From Ranitomeya imitator (taxonomy: Eukaryota), in assembly GCF_032444005.1 (NCBI RefSeq), contig NC_091288.1, positions 197,284,001 through 197,348,000 on the forward strand: DNA of 64,000 nucleotides, in the 5' to 3' direction. Below, in pieces: positions 26,001 to 36,149 of the stretch. Made by a program: the position numbers and the translations under genes. The number at the start of each line of letters is the position of its first letter. The stretch's first letter is position 1. The notes below the pieces were generated by a model. That model saw only the letters and a list, made by a program, of their open reading frames with translations, was not told where the DNA came from and did no database searches.

Positions 26001-26136
26001 CAGTTTAGAGGATTTTGTTTTGTTCCAATCTCCTCGCTGTGGATTGTTTTAGAAATGTTCTTACCTCCCTTCTGAGTATGTTTTCCTGGATCTTCTTTGT
26101 TCAAGTCTAATGTTTTTCTTCCCGTCCCCTCTTCTT

Positions 26137-26678
26137 CTAGTTTAACGCCCTCCTGATGAGTGTAGCGAGTCTTCTGGCGAATGTGTGTTTCCCAGGTTTG
26201 TTGAGGTGTAGTCCGTCTCTGGCGAGGAGTCCATCGTACCAGTAATTCACACCGTGGTCCAGGAATCCGAATCCTTGTTGTCTGCACCATCGTCTTAGCC
26301 AGTTGTTTGCATCAAGGATCCTGTTCCATCTCCTGGTGCCATGCCCGTCTACTGGAAGGACAGAAGAAAAAAAACTACCTGTGCATCCAGTTCCTTTACT
26401 TTCTTTCCCAACTCTTCAAAGTCCTTGCAGATTGTCGGTAGGTCCTTCCTTGCCGTGTCATTGGTGCCAACATGTATCAGAAGAAATGGGTGGACGTCCT
26501 TGGAGCTGAAGAGCTTTGGTATCCTATCGGTCACATCCTTGATCATCGCACCTGGAAGGCAGCATACTTCTCTTGCGGTTATGTCCGGTCTGCAGATGGC
26601 CGCTTCTGTGCCTCTCAGCAGTGAGTCTCCCACCACCACCACTCTTCGTTGCTTCTTGGCTATACTTTTTGCTGTCAC
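26137..26678 (-). pseudogene. CR1 ORF1 C-terminal SGNH esterase, single +1 frameshift at about 26370
   Basis: VVVVGDSLLRG..IHVGTND..; removing one T from a T8 run restores VVFSSVLPVDGHG..RDGLHLN..RALN*. Confidence 0.85.
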
Positions 26679-27096
26679 TTGTTACTCCTGACCTAAAGTC
26701 GCCGTGTAGACTACAGATCGTAATGATGGTGATCCAACCGTGCTGAATCTCTGTCTACAGTCACTACTGTTACTAGGAATCATGGCACCAGCACATCACG
26801 ATCTTATGATGCATGGCCACAAGGCGCAGTATATTAGTAGCCACAAAGTACTTAGAAGGGAATTTCCCTTCTATTTTTTTTTAAACAAAAAGGTTCATCT
26901 AAAAATCAGATTAAAAATATAAAAATTCCAATTTTCACATTAACATTGAGCCCAATATTAGACTCCTCCTACTTCCTGTTGGTAACACGCACATTAGCAG
27001 CAATGGATTGACTCAGACCCAATTTGCTTGTATTAGAACAGATATCTTGAGCATGCAGAAATCTGGGCAAAGGTCATTGCAAATAATAGAGGAGGC

Positions 27097-27425
27097 GAGC
27101 TGTGACATCACCTATGGTGAATGATGGATCATGTGTTATCTACTGTATATAGAGGTGTTATCAGTCATTGTACAGGAGGAGGAGGTGAGCTGTGACATCA
27201 CCTATGGTGAATGATGGATCATGTGTTATCTACTGTATATAGAGGTGTTATCAGCCATTGTACAGGAGGGGGAGGTGAGCTGTGACATCACCTATTGTGA
27301 ATGGTGGATCCTGTGTTATCTACGGTATATAGAGGTGTTATCAGTCATTGTACAGGAGGAGGAGGTGAGCTGTGACCTCACCTATTGTGAATGGTGGATC
27401 CTGTTTACTGTATATAGAGGTGTTT
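27097..27425. repeat. 90-bp tandem repeat, about 4 copies
   Basis: GAGCTGTGAC at 27097, 27187, 27277 and 27367. Confidence 0.9.
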
Positions 27426-28095
27426 TTCATTGTAATCCTGTATGTGATGATAGTGCTGACAGTCACCTATGAATAGCAGGAAGTATGAATTTAGTAATAA
27501 GCCTAGTGGCTAATGTGAAAATGGCATGATTTCAGATTTTTAATATATATTTTATTATAATCATAATAACAGAATAGTGAAAATTTACCAAAAAATGTAT
27601 CTGACAACCTGCATTAAGAATAAAACACCAATTTTAACAAAAGGCCATTTTCTGATGGCTCATTACCTTTAACTAAATTAGGTCCCATCACATCACCTAT
27701 TGTGAATGGTGGATCCTGTGTTATCTACGGTATATAGAGGTGTTATCAGTCATTGTACAGGAGGAGGAGGTGAGCTGTGACATCACCTATTGTGAATGGT
27801 GGATCCTGTTTACTGTATATAGAGGTGTTTTTCATTGTAATCCTGTATGTGATGATAGTGCTGACAGTCACCTATGAATAGCAGGAAGTATGAATTTAGT
27901 AATAAGCCTAGTGGCTAATGTGAAAATGGCATGATTTCAGATTTTTAATATATATTTTATTATAATCATAATAACAGAATAGTGAAAATTTACCAAAAAA
28001 TGTATCTGACAACCTGCATTAAGAATAAAACACCAATTTTAACAAAAGGCCATTTTCTGATGGCTCATTACCTTTAACTAAATTAGGTCCTATCA
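27286..28095. repeat. 405-bp direct tandem duplication
   Basis: 27286-27690 is repeated almost exactly at 27691-28095. Confidence 0.9.
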
Positions 28096-28125
28096 CAACA
28101 GTTTACAGAGATGGGTTATAGTTAC

Positions 28126-28252
28126 CTGTTGTGCCGCCTTATCCGCGAGTATGGTAAACTCTACAGACAGCCCTTTAAGAGCCTGCTTTAATGCTCCCCA
28201 AGAGCTGTGAGCCGCCCAGGGAGGCAGAGGAGTAGTGTCCGAGCCCAAGGCA
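28126..28252 (-). CDS. SNX8: SNX8 coding exon (127 nt)
   Basis: SALGSDTTPLPPWAAHSSWGALKQALKGLSVEFTILADKAAQQ. Confidence 0.96.
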
Positions 28253-28606
28253 CTGTACAGGAGGAGAAGACTGATAGTTATCACAGATATTACAGTACAC
28301 CAAGAGATGCCTCTTACAACAGCTATTTCTATCATTCATTTTGATCATATTCCTATATAGGAATATGGTTTTCATCATGAGAAATGATAATTCTGGCTGT
28401 GTGCAGTCACCACTAGGGGGAGCTCAGTACACATCAATGGACAGTGTTGTATCCGATGATCATTCTGTACATCTGTATGCAGTGAGCTCCCTCTAGTGGT
28501 GACAGCAGTTGATGAAGAAGCAGTAGTTTAGCCTCAGTCCTCACCCACTTCCCTGCCTCTGGCCACTGACCTGAGCCGCACATTGTGACACTTTTCACTG
28601 CCTTAC

Positions 28607-28767
28607 CTTAGCTCCTTTCCAAAGCCTAGTAGATCGGTAGCATTATCAATAGCCCGTGTGGCCATCCTCTCTAAACGATCCCGCAGTTTGTAGAAGCTGT
28701 TGAAGATATTCCTGATCAGTTCTCTGCTGGCAGCAAACTGAACCTGGATATCAGCGGGGAGGAAATC
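28607..28767 (-). CDS. SNX8: SNX8 coding exon (161 nt)
   Basis: DFLPADIQVQFAASRELIRNIFNSFYKLRDRLERMATRAIDNATDLLGFGKEL. Confidence 0.96.
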
Positions 28768-29324
28768 CTGAGCGAAGCAGAAAACACAGGAAACTAGGAG
28801 ATGTACAAGTCATAAAAACACATCCACAGTTTCACGGCCTCTGCTGCAAGTTATACTCTACATGGCTGAAGTCTGGTTTGAAAATGGAAATTGATGGTGA
28901 AAGGCCAATCCTTATGAATCACACATTGCAGGTGCCCGCCACATAATGGAGATTGGGGCCATTTATGGCCCCATTATCAAAATAGGTGGAATCCACATCT
29001 ATTGGATGTCTCATGTCAATGTGAAACAAGAGAGGCTTGGATATTTTCAGAAAACCCAATTTCATATGGGTTTGCCTTTTCCATGCCACCAGCCTGAACT
29101 GTCAGTCTTCAGGAGGCCACCATCCCTGGCAAGCGGGAAGACAGATGAGCACACCCCATGTAGGTGTCTTCTGCACAATAGAGCTCTAAAGGAAGTTGTT
29201 TCAGCACTGTTATATGATCCAGAACACAGCCACTTACTGAACTAGATATCACCTCTAAAAGATGCCGACACTAAATGGGACTGCCATGGGCACGGACTAT
29301 ACCCCAATAATGATAAACAAGTAC

Positions 29325-29405
29325 CTTGGCCTGTGCAGCAAATGTAGTTGTCATATATTCGTCTCCAATCCCACGGATGGATTCCCGCATTCTATTTTGG
29401 ACATC
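29325..29405 (-). CDS. SNX8: SNX8 coding exon (81 nt)
   Basis: DVQNRMRESIRGIGDEYMTTTFAAQAK, similar to human DVQNKLKESAQCVGDEF; AG/GT boundaries in phase. Confidence 0.92.
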
Positions 29406-29646
29406 CTGATGAGATAAACAAATTAATGTTACCAAGAAATATACACAAATGTCGCAGCAGTGGGACAGTTTATTGCTGCCATATGGCAGGGGTTTTCTGG
29501 CTGAAAAACAAAAAAAAGATTACTCAATATAAGAAAAATAAATCTCATCTTCCCCCCACCCTTTGCTAATGAAAGAAGCCAGCCCCCTTCATACAAATCA
29601 TTGATACTTTTTTTTTTTTTTGTAACAAAATTGTAATTGTACTCAC

Positions 29647-29768
29647 CTGACCATTATAGGACAGGAATATATTCACAAGGATGTCATCCCAGAAAGAAGG
29701 ATGCCTGGCAACTAAATTGATAAACCTCTTTAATGCCCGTCTTCGGGATTCAATAAATTCCCGGTCAG
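29647..29768 (-). CDS. SNX8: SNX8 coding exon (122 nt, PX C-terminus)
   Basis: ADREFIESRRRALKRFINLVARHPSFWDDILVNIFLSYNGQ. Confidence 0.96.
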
Positions 29769-30049
29769 CTGGAAAATAGAAAATATATATGTTAATAAAT
29801 ATTCTACGCATCAATGGTAATTGAGGAGGACTCGTCTCTTGTTTAACTTCTGCCCTATATTATAATAATTCCAGACAGTGAGTATATATATTATTATTAT
29901 TATTTTTAAATCAGTTTTTAATACTTTGGATATTTTCATACATGCACCTTTTAATTTTTAACTGGGTGGGTACTCGGGAATGAAAGTTGTGAATTTTGGA
30001 AATCCGGCAATTTTGAAGCATCATGTGACTTTGGTTGTATAAAATCTTC

Positions 30050-30445
30050 TCTTTTTCTACAAGTCATATTGGTATCAGCCATATGGTGTGACCCACATCC
30101 ACTATCAGAACGGACGGTAACAACAACATTCACTAAAGAGAAAATGCATATTCATGCTAGCACAAAGCCACGGCCATTTCTCCACAGTCCCCCAGGAGCC
30201 GTTTTTGAAGGCAACAACGCCAGGCCACATGTTGGTCGTGTTACCGTGAACAGCCTCTGCCTGTGTGGCCTTAACGTGCTACTGTGGCATCTAGGACATC
30301 ATTGGTCGGTGATTACACAGGAGCTGCCAGCAGTGGATCTTGATGATTTGCTAAAGTGAATTCAACAGCAAAACGTTCTTCAGACGACCATTAATAATCT
30401 CACTGATGGCAGCCGAGGCTGGAGGTTCTGGGATTTCTGGACGTG
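30050..30445 (+). mobile_element. Decayed Tc1 transposase relic
   Basis: GAVFEGNNARPHVGRVT resembles Tc1 (F)QQDNARPH; 30330-30445 is homologous to 42100-42215. Confidence 0.6.
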
Positions 30446-30958
30446 GTGCTCGTACTTCAGACATTTAGAATATTGAATTTCAATTTGCATTTCATTATGT
30501 CTCCATCCTGTGATTTACAGAATTCCACAACTTTTCCTTCTAGGAGTTGTCATTTTAATGTTGAGGACTTTATTAAAGGTCTAGATCTTCACCACAAAAA
30601 TACCCACTTAGGAAGTTCCCCTTTTTGTCAATTTCTTTTTCTGAATATAAAATTATAAAATCCCCCTTGGAGGTTATAAGATGTAGTTTTGGGGGATTTC
30701 TAGGTTTATTTATTTAAATATACAAGTATCATTTTTGCCTAGTGTCCTCCATACTGTGCATTTGCCAGCTGTTATTATACAGGGGCTACATTGGAGGATT
30801 TACTAATACGCTGCAATACTGCATAATTTTGCGGTGTATCGAATTTCCAGATGAGCATTTTCTAATAAAGTAAATAATGATAAATATATATGCTAACTCA
30901 AATTTTATATATTCTTAATATACAGTATATTCTTGATATATCTATAAAGATTTTTTAT

Positions 30959-30961
<3 letters not shown>

Positions 30962-31020
<59 letters not shown>
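30962..31020. repeat. (TA)n microsatellite
   Basis: About 30 AT units, directly left of the Penelope-like fold-back. Confidence 0.95.
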
Positions 31021-31026
<6 letters not shown>

Positions 31027-31035
31027 ACAAAAGTT

Positions 31036-31444
31036 TTAGACCGCACCAACGCCTCTGTCAATTAGCTGGCACTGCTCACCTGCAGTGGAGGTGTAGTCCT
31101 CAGATTCCGGGTGCTGTAGCCGAATAGACAAATGAAGTAATCCAAAACAGAAGAGAAAAGAGGCAGCACTCACCGATCTTCCGAGGAGACAGGTAATTTT
31201 ATTACTCACAATAAAATCTTCACGGCCGGGGGAGCTCAAATACTGAATGTGGCAAGCCTGACGACGGCCGTTTCGCGCCTGACCCGTAGAAGCGCCTGTC
31301 AGGCACGAAACGGCCGTCGTCAGGCTTGCCACACTCAGTATTTGAGCACCCCCGGCCGTGAAGATTTTATTGTGAGTAATAAATTTACCTGTCTCGGAAG
31401 ATCGAAGATCGGTGAGTGCTGCCTCTTTTCTCTTCTGTTTTGGA
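31036..31444. mobile_element. Penelope-like pLTR fragment as a 304-bp fold-back (31141-31444)
   Basis: Near-perfect inverted repeat carrying GAAACGGCCGTC, AATAAA and GGTGAGT motifs typical of PLE pseudo-LTRs; flanked by TA runs. Confidence 0.6.
31277..31325 (+). ncRNA. Degenerate minimal type-I hammerhead ribozyme (PLE type)
   Basis: Stem I GCCTGAC/GTCAGGC; core CCGTAGA (canonical CUGANGA, 2 mismatches); stem II GCGCCT-gtc-AGGCAC; GAAA; C-GGCC-G palindromic stem III; GUC site ending at 31318. Confidence 0.55.
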
Positions 31445-32680
31445 GAGAGATATATATATATCCCCCTTATAAAACATTTTTTAAACAGCCTCTCCCTTAA
31501 ATAAAGCTAATGCTCTGTGCCGAACTGTTTAAACTAATGAAGTATAAGACAAAAATATTTATCCAAAAGGAAAAATAAATAAGATACAATATCTATAGCT
31601 CACGTCACAAATGATACTATCATACATGTGTATTGTACGTAAAAAAAAAAAAAAAATAGCTCTCAGAAATATTGTTAATGAAAGATTTTTTTTTTAAATT
31701 ATTAAAAACAAGGAAATTAAAAAAACAAGAGTCACTATCAGTACCGAGTCATATAATACAGTTACCAGATCATTTTTTTTACCCCAAAGTGACGATCGTA
31801 AAACTAAAACCCAGAAGTCATCAGCAGAATAACATTTTTTTCCCCCAAATTCAGAGTTTGGTATTTTTTCCCCCATTTTGATCATTTTACCAAGAAAAGT
31901 TGTGTAAATGTAATTTGAAAAACAATTATTATATAGTGTTGTGTCTAAGGCTGAAGCTACCTCGCAACGTAATACAAGCACAAACCCTCGGTGCAGTGGG
32001 CGGCGTTCATTTACTTTGCCGCGGCTTCTACGTTGCACCACGACGTGTGATGTTTGGTTACAGGATGTGTGTCGGACATCAGGATACCTGTGGTCAGGCC
32101 ATACACCGCGGTCGGGCCATACACCGCGGTCGGGCCATAGTCTGACCGTGAAGACGGCCTTATCCTCATGTCTGACAAGCGTCCCGCAGCCAAAGATCAC
32201 ACTGCGCCGCGATGTTTGAAGACAGCGCAAAGGGTTAAATCTCATTTCCGCTAATTAAAGGCTCTGTGATCCTCAGAAAAGGAGTCATCTAAGAATTTGC
32301 CTCTCTCCCTTGAAGTGGCAGTTCTCTGTAATTTAGCATTTTTACAACTATCTGCCGTCACATCAGCCGTGATCAAAGGACGAGGAGCAGGGACTGTGAC
32401 AATCCCGTCATCCGTCACCCGACTGGTAATACCGGCCGCACATCCTTCCTAACAAAATCTATGCCGTTTCATAAAAAGGACCAAAAATAACTCATCATCT
32501 CATTGAGAGGAACGCAGATCTGCACGGATTTGACGCCATGTCGTTCCACGCGCTCCATTGGGGGGGAAAAAAAATAAGTATTTTTAGTCTGCGATTGACT
32601 TTTTTTTTTTTTAACCACTATCAAAACCAAAATCTTTGACAGTCATAGTAATATATACAAGTCTATGTTCGGCTTCAAAA

Positions 32681-33775
32681 ATCCCTGGGCTATGTCCGGT
32701 ATTGCAGCTCAGCTCCATTACAGCGCCACTTTTATCCCCGGGCTATGTCCGGTATTGCAGCTCAGCTCCATTACAGCGCCACTTTTATCCCTGGGCTATG
32801 TCCGGTATTGCAGCTCAGCTCCATTACAGCGCCACTTTTATCCCCGGGCTATGTCCGGTATTGCAGCTCAGCTCCATTACAGCGCCACTTTTATCCCTAG
32901 GCTATGTCCGGTATTGCAGCTCACCTGCACTTTTATCCTTGGGCTATGTCTGGTATTGCAGCTCAGCTGCACTTTTACCCCTGGGCTATGTCCAGTATTG
33001 CAGCTCAGCTCCATTACAGCGCCACTTTTATCCCTGGGCTATGTCTGGTATTGCAGCTCAGCTCCATTACAGCGCCACTTTTATCCCTGGGCTATGTCCG
33101 GTATTGCAGCTCAGCACCATTATAGCGCCACTTTTATCCCTGGGCTATGTCTGGTATTGCAGCTCAGCGGCACTTTTATCCCTGGGCTATGTCTGGTATT
33201 GCAGCTCAGCGGCACTTTTATCCCTGGGCTATGTCCAGTATTGCAGCTCAGCTCCATTACAGCGCCACTTTTATCCCTGGGCTATGTCTGGTATTGCAGC
33301 TCAGCTCCATGAGGGTATGTGCACACGTCAGGATTTTTAGCATTTTTTTTGCGGAATTTCGCTATAAAAACGCTATAATTCTGCATTAAAAACGCTAAAA
33401 TTATGCATCCTATCATTTAGAATGCATTCTGGATTTTTTGTGCAGATGTAAGCGTTTTTTTCAGCAAAAAAAAACGCTTACCGCTAAAAATCCGGACATG
33501 CTCTATCTTTTTCCGGATTTCTAAGCCAAAATGACATTTCGGGGAGAAAAAAAAAAAAAAAAAAAAAAACACACACCGCAAAAATTCCGCAAAAAATCCG
33601 CGCAATTTCCGCGAGAAATCCGCGCAAAAAAAACGCGGATTTCTGGCAGAAATCTCAGGATTTTGTCAGGAAAAAATCCTGACGTGTGCACATACCCTTA
33701 CAGCGCCACTTTTATCCCTGGGCTATGTCTGGTATTGCAGCTCAGGTCCATTACAGCGCCACTTTTATCCCTTGG
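32681..33775. repeat. Minisatellite, 53-bp unit (ATCCCTGGGCTATGTCCGGTATTGCAGCTCAGCTCCATTACAGCGCCACTTTT), interrupted by a MITE
   Basis: Period 53 at 32681/32734; shorter variant units; the array resumes after 33697. Confidence 0.95.
33313..33697. mobile_element. PIF/Harbinger-type MITE inserted in the 53-bp array
   Basis: TIR GGGTATGTGCACACGTCAGGATTTT; flanks TGA/TTA at the TTA of the unit CTCCATTACAG. Confidence 0.88.
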
Positions 33776-34331
33776 CTGCCTTTAATTTTTTTGCTAAATC
33801 TAAGAGCATGTTTTCGTCTGATAAAACCCATTTTGAGACCACCATCTACTCCTACAGCTGTATGTGTAATTGGGTAAATGGTTAACAGTCACTCCCTTGC
33901 TCCCATACCACTACACACCTACCTGGTGACCCTGCGCTGCCACACTGAGCTCTACCCATCCACGTCCTATGGTAAATCTGCACATTATCATATACAGACG
34001 ACACATAGTGCCGTGTATGATGGCGGGGTATAGTCAGTGGGCCGTATGCTCAGTCCGGCGTGTCCCGGGCATCCACAAGAAAGCAACACATTTCCGTGCT
34101 TGTGAAATTCTATTTTTTTTTCCTGCAAAGCCTTAAACATTTTTTTGGAATCCCCTAGCAAGGAAAAAAAAAAAATGTGGCGTATCGGTGAACCACAGCA
34201 ATATTTGCATAAGGGGCTTTTTTTTTGGGAACCAGGCCTGAACATACAGGATATCACCGGCCCCTTGGGACAAAAAGAAAAACAAGAATTGACTGAATGA
34301 GGGGCTAGGAAAACACGCAGAATAGCGATAC

Positions 34332-34449
34332 CTCCAATCATTCTTTTGGGCGGCAGCGCCGGTACCACCCGGTACGGATACTTCTGCAACAACATCTCCT
34401 GGAACACGACAAAGTCGTTGTATCTTCTGTACACGGAGGATTTAAAGAA
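34332..34449 (-). CDS. SNX8: SNX8 coding exon (118 nt, PX domain)
   Basis: FFKSSVYRRYNDFVVFQEMLLQKYPYRVVPALPPKRMIG: RRY and PxLPxK PX motifs. Confidence 0.97.
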
Positions 34450-35712
34450 CTGCAAAAACAAAGCACAAAAATAATCCAAAAATAATGCTTAACCCCTTCC
34501 TGCTGGAGACAAGTTTCATTTTGGAGACGTCCATTTTTTTCCTCCCTTTCTTTGAAGGCCCACAACTTTTTATTTTTATGCACACATGGCCGCAGGAGGG
34601 CTTGATTTTTTGTTTTTTTTTTGCGGGACTAATTTTAGTTTTGATTGACACTATTCACTTTACCAATATAATGCACCGGAAGGGGGGGGAATCTACATGT
34701 TGTGAAATGGTAGAAAAAAAGAAAAACAATCGTCACGAAATTCCACCATTGGATTTTGACGTTCATTGTACAGTAAAAATGACGTAAGAACTTGATTCCG
34801 TAGGTCATTGCGACTACAGCGACACAAAATTTGTGCGGTTTACTTGACACCGATATACGGTGTCAGAAGCAGACGCTGGGGGCATGTGGGGCAAGCACTA
34901 CAGATCAGCTCCCATTCACTTCCATAGGAGCTGAGCTGCAGTACCTGGGAGCGGCCACTACACGGTGTGTGGCACTGTGGTGCTCCTGCTACATACACTG
35001 TGATCATCCGGCGACCGCGGCTCCGAGTTTCTGCTAAGTGGTGGGGGTTGTGGATGTCAGACCCCCACCAATGTGTTATCGATACCCTCTCCTAACGATG
35101 GCTCATCAATACCTTAATCTTGGACAACCCCCTTTAAAAAGGCGTTTCTAGGATACCAAAACAGCGCCATTTTTGCCCATAGGCCATGTTTAGTACTGCA
35201 GTCCAGGTCTCTTCAAATGAATGGGACTAACTCATTCTACGACATAAGGGAGCGCGGTTTTAGGTAGAAAATTTAGATCAATGACGCTTCCTCATTTTGG
35301 GTGATCCCTTTACCAGTCAGACCATAAACACCAGTCATCATCATTTGTCATAGATATACGTGGGATGACCCCAATGATTAAGTCTGAGACCACCACTGAT
35401 TTTCAGAACGACCAAAGCCCACACAAACCACGGTGCGCTTGCTCATATCCACCACTAGGGGAGCTAACTAGTCTTGTAAAGTGCGCTGGGAGCCGCCGGG
35501 TTCCCTTTAAGATAATTGTGGAACTAAAGGTCAGACACCAACCAGTGATGGCAACTCTTAGTGATTGGAATACCCCTTTAAATTACAGTAAAGTGAAACG
35601 AAAACTAAACATTACAACAATGAGATGAATATGAAAGTTTGAAATCAAATATTTTGGAGGATTTGGATGCAAATATAATCCCCTCCTGGGCGCGGAGCAG
35701 GAGCGTCCTCAC

Positions 35713-35882
35713 CTGGCTGGACACCTCATACTCCACGTGCTTAAGGAACAAGCCTTTCTTCTCGGGGATGAGCTCCACCTGCACGGTATCATGTCCCAGC
35801 AGCTCCTGTAAAGTGTGCGGCAGCATCAGAGGACGTCCGGGGGTCGCCTCCATTGTGCAGCATTCAGGACCGCTCTTCACAC
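35713..35882 (-). CDS. SNX8: SNX8 exon 2 (170 nt); candidate start ATG at 35853
   Basis: ..MEATPGRPLMLPHTLQELLGHDTVQVELIPEKKGLFLKHVEYEVSSQ; TTGCAG acceptor, GTGAGG donor; the ATG has A-3/G+4 context. Whether the 5' 29 nt are coding is unresolved. Confidence 0.9.
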
Positions 35883-35967
35883 CTGCAAGACGAAAAAGAC
35901 ACCCGTCCAGTTACCCTCTCCAGCATCCCGTCATTACCCGACAGGTCCAGTCCGTTCCAGAGAAATT

Positions 35968-36149
35968 AATATGCAAATGAGGCTGAAGAGCTATGGTAGA
36001 TCTGAAGCCTCCGTCCCTCCAGCTCTATCCCCCGCCTCCTGCTTGACTCACAGCCTATATGCTGTGTGACATCAGGCACAGGAAAGAGGAATAGAGCTGG
36101 AGTGACACAGGCTTCAGATCTGCCAGAGCTCTTCAGCCTCATTTGCATA
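35968..36149. repeat. Inverted repeat (MITE relic) with terminal octamer ATGCAAAT
   Basis: AATATGCAAATGAGGCTGAAGAGC../..GCTCTTCAGCCTCATTTGCATATT. Confidence 0.7.

Larger units (their letters stand above)
23111..26680 (-). mobile_element. CR1-clade LINE, 5'-truncated, nearly intact
   Basis: ORF1 SGNH esterase (GDS, GTND, DGLH), ORF2 APE+RT, 3' end GGCTGAACTGGATGGAC.. with (ACTATGTT)n tail. No clear TSD; 5' boundary approximate. Confidence 0.95.

Noticed and set aside
31271-31325. Active hammerhead on the minus (SNX8 sense) strand
   Set aside because: The minus strand has the GAAAC-GGCC-GTC half but AGGCGCT where the CUGANGA core should be.
32636-33389. 215-234 aa ORFs
   Set aside because: Translations of the 53-bp minisatellite; no splice or homology support.
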